From Adineta vaga (Eukaryota; Animalia; Rotifera): a stretch of 64,000 bases of DNA. The notes beneath the pieces are model-generated. The model searched no databases. It saw nothing but the letters and a program-made list of their open reading frames with translations, and had not been told where the DNA came from. A program made the position numbers and the translations under genes. This document shows positions 23,739 to 35,800 of this stretch, piece by piece. Location: NCBI GenBank assembly GCA_021613535.1, contig CP075497.1, forward strand, positions 186,001 through 250,000, read 5' to 3'. Every line of letters starts with the position of its first letter. Within the stretch, counting starts at the first letter, position 1.

Positions 23739-24326
23739 CGCTGCTGTTACCAAGATATGATCCATTTGCAAGATAAAATAAAATTCCAAACTTACAATTG
23801 ATCTGTTGTGACCTTTCAAATTATCATTTAAGTCTCATCAACGCAGGTATTTAACCGACGAAATATAGAATAGTTTCTATATGGGATTTAGTCAGAGCTG
23901 CTCGTGTAAACATCATCGTTTCAACTTTTTCGTCTACAACATTTGTTTACTGTATACACGCGTAGAATATTCGTTTTATTATTGTGTAAACACAGATTCT
24001 CCTCGGTCTGCGTGATTTAACCAAAACATTTTCGTTATTAAGAGTTTTCACACCTCATTTCATAGGTTTCTATGCGGGTTAATACTATACCTGATCTTAA
24101 ATCTTCACAAAATCATGACCATGTTCTAAAAGCGTTGAAATAGTTTTCACGTTTTTGATTGTCAGTCGAGAACCGCGATTGACATACAAAAATGTACAGA
24201 AGTTTTGTAATATCTTCACATGTCTTTGGTAACTTTTGTCTGTTTGGGTATTTGATTAAGATGGATAGGATAAGGCAACTTATTGATCATATACAACTCT
24301 CATTTTATTTATAGACAGAAAAAAAA

Positions 24327-24658
24327 TCATCAGTGCGAAGCTAGCCCCACAAAAAAAACGAATTTTGTAAAAACGAATTCCGGTCGATGAAAACTAGTTT
24401 GTTCGATGCATAATTCGATTCTACATCGAATGGTGGTACATTTATTCATGGGAAAACAATTGGGAAAAAGTTTATCTTAATCTATATTTTTTTCCTTTAT
24501 GTATCTATACGAAAGAAAAATCCGAGTAAAACTTTTCCAGTCGTTTTCCCATGAATAAAAGTATCACCATTGGACTAAGAATGAAATTCTGCATCGAATA
24601 GATTCGTTTTCGTCGATGGGAATTCGTTTTATTTGTGGGGCTAGTTTCGCACAGATGA
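24327..24658. mobile_element. Fold-back (MITE-like) element, ~330 bp
   Basis: TCATCAGTGCGAAGCTAGCCCCACAAA pairs with TTTGTGGGGCTAGTTTCGCACAGATGA; internal TTTATTCATGGGAAAAC pairs with GTTTTCCCATGAATAAA. Confidence 0.8.
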
Positions 24659-24872
24659 AACATCCATATCACAAATCTTTTCTAGGAGATCATCACCAAA
24701 TCAAAAAGTATGTAAAATGTTTGTTTTTAATGCATTAGAAAATTGCTTTGATGAAGTTACATGAGTATTGTTAATATAGAAATCAGATGGAGAAATGTGT
24801 GTTGTCTATTTTTAGATAATATTGCATTAAAAATGTCATCATTCATTTGTTCAAATAATGCTTTTAGTGGCA

Positions 24873-24944
24873 CCATCTTGAGGGTGTGGGTGTGGGTGGG
24901 TGTGGGTGTGGGTGAAGATACAGTAAGAATCACACCCACACCCT
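24873..24944. repeat. Telomere-repeat mini-hairpin beginning CCATCTTGAGGG
   Basis: CCATCTTGAGGGTGTGGGTGTGGGTGGGTGTGGGTGTGGGTG, spacer AAGATACAGTAAGAAT, then CACACCCACACCCT. Confidence 0.85.
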
Positions 24945-25143
24945 TAGATCAATACTTTATATGAGAGATTTTTTCTGAAGAATCAAAAGCCAAAGATATT
25001 GTTTTTATTTGATAAATATATTTAAATATGAATAGAAAAGAAAAGAAAGGTAAACAGCAATTGATATTTCATATTTATCGACATCTCGAGACTTCCGATG
25101 ATGATAGGAAGCAAGTGTCACACCCCTAATCACAGTGTATTTT

Positions 25144-28100
25144 CTAACTCATCGCACACACTACCCTCGTCTTCATATTTTTCTGACTGCTTTCCAATAT
25201 GTCTCGATAAATAGTAAAAACAGGATGATTCTGCGGTAATTTTTCATGAGCAATATTCAGTGCCTGTTGAGCATTTTGTAGAGCAAGAGAATATTGTCGA
25301 GTTTCAAAATGTAATTTCGCCATATTATAAAATACAGCAGCAACATCAGGATGATGTTTCGATAATATCTTTTCACGAATATCCATTCCTTTTTTATAAT
25401 ATGTCAGTGCTCTCGTATAATCTTTCATTTCACGATATGTTTCACCTAAATTCACATAAGTTGTTGCACAATCAAGAGGATTACAATTATTATCAACTTT
25501 TTCTTGAATATTCAATGCATTCTGATGAAATGAAATTGCTTTATGATAGTCACCCATCAATCGATGCACATCACTTATACGGGTGTAATATTTAGCCAAC
25601 CATGGATCGTTTTCAGGTGATGTTTTCTGTATTATGTCAAAGCATTTTTGAAAGAAATCCAAAGCCTTTGAGTATTCCTTCATACTTCGATACACATTTC
25701 CAAGACAAGAATAGGTGGAAATACAATCTTGATTACCTTCTGCAAAACCATTTTTCAGAATTTGTAAAGCGTTTTCGAGGAACTTTAGAGCTGCTTGATA
25801 ATCACCCATTCTTTCATAACATAATGCTATATCTGAATAACTCGCAGCCATATCAATATGATCCGGCGTTAGAATCATCCTCCAGATTTCATGAACTTTC
25901 TGGAAATATCCGAGTGCTGTCATGTAATCACCCATGTCATAATGAACGAAACCGAAATCTTCATAGCAAGAAGCTAATAAATGATTGTTTAGATCCAGAC
26001 TACTCTCATAAATTTGACGTAATTTTTCATAATATTCTAGAGCTTTTGAATAGTCATTCATCTTATTATATATCGTTGCAATATCATTAAACGAATCAGC
26101 TATATCAGGATGATTTGGATGTAGGGTCTTTTGACGTATGTCTAGTGATTTTTTGTAATATTCGACGACTTTCCCATACTCACCCGTAGACTTATAGACT
26201 TCTGCTATGTTAATAAATGACACAGCGAAGTCAAGATGATTTGAAGAAAGAATTTTTTCATAAATTTCATATGCTCTCTCATGGCATTCAAGAGCTTTCG
26301 AGTGTTCACCCATGTTATTATAGACGCAACCGATGAATCCGTGGCTACGAGCCAGTCAATGAGGATTCGGCGGTACAATCTTTTTCTGTATGTCGAATGA
26401 ACGTTGAAAATATTCGAGTGCTTGCTTATAATCACCCATTGAGTTATACACTTTTGCGATGTTGTTTAATGACCGAGCCAAAACAGGATGGATGGGTGGA
26501 AGTATTGCTTCCAAAATATGATGTGCCTTTTCATGATATTCTTTTGCTTCCGTAAATTCACTCATGTTATAGTACACATCTCCAATACTACCCAATGAAT
26601 CAGCTAAAATAGGATCGTTGGGAAGAAGAACTTTTGTGTAGATCTCATTTGCTAATTCATAATATTCAAGTGCTTTTTGGTAATTACTCATTTCCATGTA
26701 TATTGCTCCCATGGAACTGAACGAAACAGCAAAATCACGATGACCTACAGGAAGGTTTTCTTCTAAAATTCTATGTGCTTTATTAGAATATTCGAGAGCT
26801 TTAGAATAATCGCCCATATGTAAGTACACTTCTGTAATACTCTTAAAAGAATCAATTATTTGAGGATCATTTGAGGGCAAAGATCGCTGTCGTATTTGCA
26901 GCGCTTTTTCTTGACATTCCATTGCTTTCTCATATTGTTGCACGCCATTGTACTCGTTTCCCAAGAGAGAAAACGATGAGGCTATTGACGGATGATCCTC
27001 GGGTAGACTTTTAAGCTTTCTTTCAAGTGCTTTCTCACCAAGAGAAATTGCTTCCATGTAGTCTCCTTGAAGACTTTTCAACATTGCTAATGCATTGAGA
27101 ATATCAGCTCGATCAATTTCACTAGAATAACCATCCATTAGTGCTGTCAAAATTTGTTCTGCTGACTCGTATTGCATAATTTCAATCATTAAATTTGCTA
27201 GACTAAACCATTTGTTACTCATTCGCATCTTGTTAGATAATTGTGCATGAAGTTTTTCCAATTCTGGATCATTTTCATCGGTAAGCGTAAGTTGTACTTC
27301 TCAAAGCCGATTGTCTTCGATCAATTGTTCAATATTTTCTATGCGAAATACAGTATGCGTAGTGAATAGAATTTCGTCTTCTTCAGGAAGAGCACTTTTT
27401 TTCTCGAATTGATGCAAACGGAGTCGATGTTGTTTCGGGATTTATATTTAAAACAAAAAGAACGGGAACCATGTTTTTCTTTGTTAGAACAGATTTGGTG
27501 AATTCTATCGATTGTTTTCGGTCTCGAATAGTCGATAAGAAATTATTAAACGATAAAAGACCATGTTTACTCGCTGCTAGTTTTGCAAAATCATCTTTCG
27601 ACAAACCTTGACCTCGGTAAAGAGGTTTTCCATCGAACTTACTCAATTGTTCTTTATATAACTTTTCTATTTGAGTATGTAAATCTCTCAAAAAGAAATT
27701 CATCTTAATAAACACTGCACCATCAAGTAATCGTAATGCTTTATTGAGCATTTTATACGTAAAACATTCAAATGAATACCAATAGATGACTTTTTCGGGG
27801 CCGTATTCACGTTCAAATGTATCGATTATTCTCATTTCAACGGGATTATTTTTGTATTCTTCTCGACAAAATTTAGTTAGCTTGACAATGGCTTCAGGAT
27901 CATCTTCCATTTTGAGAACAATGTCTTTGAAAATGTGTGTATACATAAACGATGGTTCCAGCTTACTAAGACGTTCTTTCGGAATCTTCTAGATTAGAAG
28001 CCATAAAACCTAATACAGTGTTATTTTGATCACATTGATTAACTTCCATCTTAAGTGCATTACATATAAGTTTTATAGAAATATAGATACCTTTAATTTT

Positions 28101-28421
28101 CATCCAATCTTTTGTCCATTCCAAAAGATCCTGTTTATTGTTAGATAGGATGAAAATAGCCCCTAGTTTTGGCATATCATGAATATGTGGTACTAGATGC
28201 TGCGCGACTGTATCAGAATAGATTACAAAGCTAGTTTCTGTTTCATTTCGTTTAAGCTGTTCAATGCATTCTTCAGCAGTCTTGCATTCTTCCACTTGAT
28301 TGACAATGCTACGCAGCGTTTCAATTGTACTTTGATAATCAGAATTTCGGGAATCGATGTTTTGATTTACCCATATAACTAAACAGTTTTCAACAATTCG
28401 TTGTCTACTTTTTTTACTCAT
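25144..28421 (-). pseudogene. ADP-ribosyltransferase (R-S-E type) + TPR protein, disrupted
   Basis: LYRGQG, FNNFLST and EEDEILFTTHTVFRI, then 42-aa TPR repeats; frameshifts at ~27965, ~27400 and ~26360 plus in-frame TGA at 27303-27301. Confidence 0.85.
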
Positions 28422-29044
28422 CACGAATGGAAATATTATGGAGTAGAAACTCAAAGTGAGTTAATATTATATATATATGAAGCTTGCACAAGACATTTCG
28501 TCGAAAGTTCATAAGATGTTGCACTTGGTTACCAATGAAAGAGAATTATTCACGAAAAGAAAAAACAAAGAATAGTAGTAACTATTACTTCTTGTGACAC
28601 TCTTCTACATCTTCTATAATGAATAGAAGAAAAGGTTAAAAAATGCGGAAACTTCGGATTTTATCCGAGAGTTGTGTGTACTGCAAAAAGTGTTATGTTG
28701 AGTTATGAATGAATTTTTGTATTGGAATCTATCAGAATAACGGTCATATGCAACCTCATGAATCTATAGAAGATCTATGATAGATACACATATCAGCATT
28801 TTCATAATAGATCATCAGTATCAATAGGTATGGAGATCAGGTTTTTCTCTTTTGATGGTTCTTCTGACTAGCTACAAAACCGAGCATTTGTGAAACTCCA
28901 AAACCTAACACCATCTCATATGTATGACTCACCGATACAACAAACATATCTGTCATTTGTGAAAAAAATGGCATATTTTTTTTCATAATTTTTTGTATTG
29001 GTTGAATTGAATTAGCCAATAAGTGACCTTGCTATAGGTGATTA

Positions 29045-29390
29045 TAGCATGTTGCTATAAATTAGTACTTTTCTCGGCGATGGATTCATCAGAATTGGTG
29101 AATGACATGTGGAATCGGTAGGGCTCATCGAGATCTATCTGGAACCGTTGAGATTCGTTTTCGAAGCAGCTTGGAATCGGATTTCCGAGAAAAATACGAG
29201 ATTTCAGTATTCTCTGACCGATTTTTGGCATTAATTTGGATTTTTCGGAGGATTCCGAAGGGTTTCGGCGAAAAATAACATGTGCAATCGACAGAGCAGC
29301 TCGAGATCTATATGGAACCATTGAGGGCAGAGTTGGAACCAGTCGTTGGCCGAATCGTAGACGAAAAAACTCGAATCCTATACTAAGATA
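29045..29390. repeat. Probable non-autonomous repeat fragment
   Basis: GC-richer than flanks; 25-bp direct repeat TCGAGATCTATNTGGAACCNTTGAG at 29128 and 29301. Confidence 0.35.
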
Positions 29391-29398
29391 TCCTACGC

Positions 29399-29419
29399 GA
29401 GGGTGATGAGGGTGTGGGT
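29399..29419 (+). repeat. Degenerate telomere-type motif
   Basis: GAGGGTGATGAGGGTGTGGGT. Confidence 0.6.
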
Positions 29420-29515
29420 AAGGATGTGAATGTTGTTTTATTGCCGAACCCTTTTCGGCATAAATAAGACAGAGAAAAATAATAAATATTCTAACAAATG
29501 TTCAAAGGCTTCATG

Positions 29516-30937
29516 TTAAAATAAAAGACGATCCATACCACCGAACTGAGTGTTTCTTTGACGAATTCTTTCAAGTATTGGTGAACAAACGTAGTAACCA
29601 ATAAAATACCAGAAACTAAACCGATAAAACAAAAAAAAATCAGCTATTATTGTCAATGGACCGATAAGTAAACCAACAAAACCAGCTGCTGTTGGAAAGT
29701 ATCTATTAAGTTCATGAATCATGGTTTTTTCGCGATAACCATGAACAACCATTTGTGGTTCTTTCAATTGTTCTGATATGTCAATCGATATTCTTGAAAA
29801 ACATGAACATGAACCAAGTATAAATACAATAGAAATGAACGCATGTATAGGGTCAGTTAGCATATCTTGAAATGATTCTGGTGGTGTTAAATAATAACAT
29901 AAACCATCTATTGGATGTAAACGTTGTATACCATTATCGATCCAAATACCTACTAAATCAATAAGAATATTTCCTGCGAACTTTTTCGATAATATCTTTG
30001 ATATCATATATAAGCTTGAAATAAGTGTCGAATGAAGAAAAAATGGCTTATTGAATGTGTACAACAATTTTATTGGATACATTGATGCTTGACCACGATA
30101 ACGGGCTGATTTAATTGGTAGGTCAACACAAAAATACTATAAAAATCAAATTATAAATATACAAAAGAAAGTTTTTATCTTTTTTATACTTGAATATAAA
30201 TAGCAAGAATAAGAAGGATTACAACAGCAAATAAATTCATTAAACTGGGTAAATTTTGACGAAAAGCTTCACAGACAAGTGCTGCAGTAAAGAATGGGTT
30301 ACCAAAATTGAGACCATAACCTTTTTGAAGTAATTCATCAAATAATAAAATAACAAAGCTACCAAGAAATAATTGAATGATAATTAAAAGACAAACACCC
30401 ATACCGATTTCTGATGGAATACCATATCTATTAAAGAATCATAGTAATCTATCTCTTTAATCTTTGATAAACTTACATGCCAGCTATCACATAAATAGTA
30501 GCCTGTCCAATACTAATAACCATTGTACAGAATTTTTGAGCACTTGAAAACAGAGCACGATCTCTAGGTGTATCCGAGGCTTCAATTATTCTAGTACCAA
30601 CTAACCATGCTATGACTAGATTCGATGTAATCATTGGTAAAATACCTAATTCGCTTAATGTACCATAATTTGATCTAAAGATAAGTCGATATCTAAAGAT
30701 AGAAATCAATGAAAATTTTCAAATGCTTTTTGTTTGAGATATTTACTGGTAGAATGGATCAGCTGAACCCAATGATATAATACCAAAAACTGGTGTCTGA
30801 TAATAAATCAAAAATATAATTAGTGCTATACATGTCCATATAACTTTTTCTCGAAATTCAATATAACGTTTAGGTCTTTGAATTTCTGGTATAAATCGAC
30901 AAAATGGTTTGACAAATTCAAGAAAGTTTTTATCCAT
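29516..30937 (-). pseudogene. SEC61A: Divergent/decaying Sec61 alpha paralog (4 exons)
   Basis: [81 protein letters not shown]; internal deletions and paired frameshifts in the last TM. Confidence 0.85.
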
Positions 30938-31382
30938 TTTTTCATGAAATTTCTATTGTACACTATTGATATGTAAATTCAATAAATAAATGTTGCTGCA
31001 GATTGTTCGTGAAGTGTTTACTTTCAGCCGTTTTTCTTTCGATCGATTTATAATTTTTTCAATTTTACATAATAAACACGTTTTTCTGCTCTTTTTTCTT
31101 CTATAAAATTCATTTTCCTACTTGCTTGCTCGGTAGTAATGCAGCAGAAAGAGAAAAGATTTTTTCTAGTCTTGCATCTGCGCCATCCTTCAACATGAAA
31201 CATGCACCGCTTTTCGACCAGAAATAAATGAGGATGCAGCAGTCCTGACTCGGCTTGTACAATGAATTTTTCATTATTAAAACATGTTTGAAAATTTGTT
31301 TTTGTGCTAAAAACACGCAGCAGAAGACGCTCTACAAACCTAGACCATAATCAATACCTCTTAATTCGTTTAGGTAGAAAAT

Positions 31383-31400
31383 TGGGTGTGGGTGAGGGTG
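31383..31400 (+). repeat. Telomere-type motif
   Basis: TGGGTGTGGGTGAGGGTG. Confidence 0.7.
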
Positions 31401-31718
31401 TTGTTGTCGTTGAGGCTTTCTTTTCTTTTACAATCATTCTATTCGAATACTTGTGTTCCGTATAGTATATCAATATAAACAATAATCATCTATATTTTGA
31501 TCTATTTAATAACATCAACTATTCAACACATAAATTCTACCATATAACTTTTTAGACACCGGTCTATACCTGTAGGAGTCTTTTTCATAATACATGTTTA
31601 ACAAACAAGTATTGTGCTACTCTGGACAGTGAGTGATGCTACTCATTTATGTTTTCATGAAATAGCATAAGAGTTTTTCTACTCGTGCGTATGCGCAAAT
31701 CTCTTTATTGAAATCGTT

Positions 31719-32732
31719 TTATTTAGTTTTCACAGATTCAAGATTGTTTCTGTATCTTTTGAGATTCGGGTGGTTCGAAGGTAATGATTGTTCTCCAATT
31801 TCTATTGCCTGCTGATAAAATGAACGAGCTTTAGGATAATTCTTTGCACTAATATATACGTGACCAATGTTGTTGTAAGACATACCCAAGTGAGGATGAT
31901 TTGGCGGAAGTGATTGCTTTTGAATTACCAGAGCTTCGTCGTATGAAGAAAGTGCTCTCTCGTAATCACCCATGCTGTAATATACTAAACCTATGTTGTT
32001 GTAAGATGCAGCCAAGTCAGGATGGTTTGGAGGAAGTGATTTTAAATCAATAGCAAGCACTTTCTTATAATATAAAAGTGCTTTTTCGTAATCACCCATG
32101 CAGTTATACACATTACCAATATTGTTATAAGATTTAGCCAAGTCTGAATGATTTTCAGAAAGTGATTCTTGTCGAATTGTCAAAGCTTTGTTGTGAGCAG
32201 AAAGTGCTTCCAAATTGTTACCCATATTATAAAATGCATTGCCCATCCAGTTATACACATTTGCCATATCAATTGAGCTAGTAGAAAGTGTTCTTTGATG
32301 AATGCCAAGTGATTTCTCATACAATTTTATTGCTTCATCATATTTTCCCTGATTAATTTTAACCATACCGAGTTGATAGTAAATCGAAGCCTTTTCAACG
32401 TCACTCGTTGTTTTATCAAGTAAAGTCCAATAAATTTCTTCAGCTCTATTATATTCACCCATCATTAATAACAGTGCACCTGCTCGATACCATGGATCTT
32501 TATCAGAATAACTTTCTGCTCGAATATATTCACTCAATTTACATAATTCTGGATCATTTTCACTTGTCAGTGTTAAATACACTTCATATAGATGATCTTC
32601 ATTAGACATTGGTCTGATATCATTGATACGAAATACTGAATGCATCGAAAACAGTACTTCATCTTCTCTTTTATAAGCACTAATTTTAGCTACGGATGCA
32701 AATGGTGTTGTTGTTTGAGCAGGATTGACTGA
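31719..32732 (-). pseudogene. 3' half of an ART-TPR gene, cut within the ART domain
   Basis: Frame extends upstream of the listed ORF as VNPAQTTTPFASVAKISAYKREDEVLFSMHSVFRI (paralog: INPETTSTPFAS...EEDEILF); homology stops at ~32730; TPR part intact. Confidence 0.85.
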
Positions 32733-32850
32733 GTAGCTGCCTAATTCGACTTATAATATAAATGGATTTTCATTACTATATATCTATACATCTATAAACA
32801 GATATAGATATAGATATAGATATAGATATACACCTATAGATATAGAAACA

Positions 32851-35800
32851 TATAGATATATATACCTCACCCATGTTAAGTTAGGAATATAGGAATAGAT
32901 ATAGTTTCATTTATATATAGATATAGATATATATACCTCACCCATGTTAAGTTAGGAATATAGGAATAGATATAGTTTCATTTATGTATAGATATATATA
33001 CCTCACCCATGTTATGTTAGGAATATAGGAATAGATAAAGTTTCATTTATATATAGATATATATACCTCACCCATATTAAGTTAGGAATATAGGAATCGA
33101 TATAGTTTCATTTATATATAGATATATATACCTCACCCATGTTAAGTTAGGAATATAGGAATAGATATAGTTTCATTTATATATAGATATATATACCTCA
33201 CCCATGTTAAGTTAGGAATATAGGAATAGATATAGTTTCATTTATATATAGATATATATACCTCACCCATGTTAAGTTAGGAATATAGGAATAGATATAG
33301 TTTCATTTATATATAGATATATATAGATATATATACCTCACCCATGTTAAGTTAGGAATATAGGAATAGATATAGTTTCATTTATGTATAGATATATATA
33401 CCTCACCCATGTTAAGTTAGGAATATAGGAATCGATATAGTTTCATTTATATATAGATATATATACCTCACCCATGTTAAGTTAGGAATATAGGAATAGA
33501 TATAGTTTCATTTATATATAGATATATATACCTCACCCATGTTAAGTTAGGAATATAGGAATAGATATAGTTTCATTTATATATAGATATATAGATATAT
33601 ATACCTCACCCATGTTAAGTTAGGAATATAGGAATAGATATAGTTTCATTTATGTATAGATATATATACCTCACCCATGTTATGTTAGGAATATAGGAAT
33701 AGATAAAGTTTCATTTATATATAGATATATATACCTCACCCATGTTATGTTAGGAATATAGGAATAGATAAAGTTTCATTTATATATAGATATATATACC
33801 TCACCCATGTTAAGTTAGGAATATAGGAATAGATATAGTTTCATTTATATATAGATATATATACCTCACCCATGTTAAGTTAGGAATATAGGAATAGATA
33901 TAGTTTCATTTATATATAGATATATAGATATATATACCTCACCCATGTTAAGTTAGGAATATAGGAATAGATATAGTTTCATTTATATATAGATATATAT
34001 ACCTCACCCATGTTAAGTTAGGAATATAGGAATAGATATAGTTTCATTTATATATATATATATATACCTCACCCATGTTAAGTTAGGAATATAGGAATAG
34101 ATATAGTTTCATTTATATATAGATATATAGATATATATACCTCACCCATGTTAAGTTAGGAATATAGGAATAGATATAGTTTCATTTATGTATAGATATA
34201 TATACCTCACCCATGTTATGTTAGGAATATAGGAATAGATATAGTTTCATTTATATATAGATATATATACCTCACCCATGTTAAGTTAGGAATATAGGAA
34301 TAGATATAGTTTCATTTATATATAGATATATATACCTCACCCATGTTAAGTTAGGAATATAGGAATAGATATAGTTTCATTTATGTATAGATATATATAC
34401 CTCACCCATGTTATGTTAGGAATATAGGAATCGATATAGTTTCATTTATATATAGATATATATACCTCACCCATGTTAAGTTAGGAATATAGGAATAGAT
34501 ATAGTTTCATTTATATATAGATATATATACCTCACCCATGTTAAGTTAGGAATATAGGAATAGATATAGTTTCATTTATATATAGATATATATACCTCAC
34601 CCATGTTAAGTTAGGAATATAGGAATAGATATAGTTTCATTTATATATAGATATATAGATATATATACCTCACCCATGTTAAGTTAGGAATATAGGAATA
34701 GATATAGTTTCATTTATGTATAGATATATATACCTCACCCATGTTATGTTAGGAATATAGGAATAGATAAAGTTTCATTTATATATAGATATATATACCT
34801 CACCCATGTTAAGTTAGGAATATAGGAATCGATATAGTTTCATTTATATATAGATATATATACCTCACCCATGTTAAGTTAGGAATATAGGAATAGATAT
34901 AGTTTCATTTATATATAGATATATATACCTCACCCATGTTAAGTTAGGAATATAGGAATAGATATAGTTTCATTTATATATAGATATATATACCTCACCC
35001 ATGTTAAGTTAGGAATATAGGAATAGATATAGTTTCATTTATATATAGATATATAGATATATATACCTCACCCATGTTAAGTTAGGAATATAGGAATAGA
35101 TATAGTTTCATTTATGTATAGATATATATACCTCACCCATGTTATGTTAGGAATATAGGAATAGATAAAGTTTCATTTATATATAGATATATATACCTCA
35201 CCCATGTTAAGTTAGGAATATAGGAATAGATATAGTTTCATTTATATATAGATATATATACCTCACCCATGTTAAGTTAGGAATATAGGAATAGATATAG
35301 TTTCATTTATATATAGATATATATACCTCACCCATGTTAAGTTAGGAATATAGGAATAGATATAGTTTCATTTATATATAGATATATAGATATATATACC
35401 TCACCCATGTTAAGTTAGGAATATAGGAATAGATATAGTTTCATTTATGTATAGATATATATACCTCACCCATGTTATGTTAGGAATATAGGAATAGATA
35501 AAGTTTCATTTATATATAGATATATATACCTCACCCATGTTAAGTTAGGAATATAGGAATAGATATAGTTTCATTTATATATAGATATATATACCTCACC
35601 CATGTTAAGTTAGGAATATAGGAATAGATATAGTTTCATTTATATATAGATATATAGATATATATACCTCACCCATGTTAAGTTAGGAATATAGGAATAG
35701 ATATAGTTTCATTTATGTATAGATATATATACCTCACCCATGTTATGTTAGGAATATAGGAATAGATAAAGTTTCATTTATATATAGATATATATACCTC

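Noticed and set aside
25260-26090. Plus-strand ORFs of 111 and 162 aa
   Set aside because: Antisense shadows of TPR repeats
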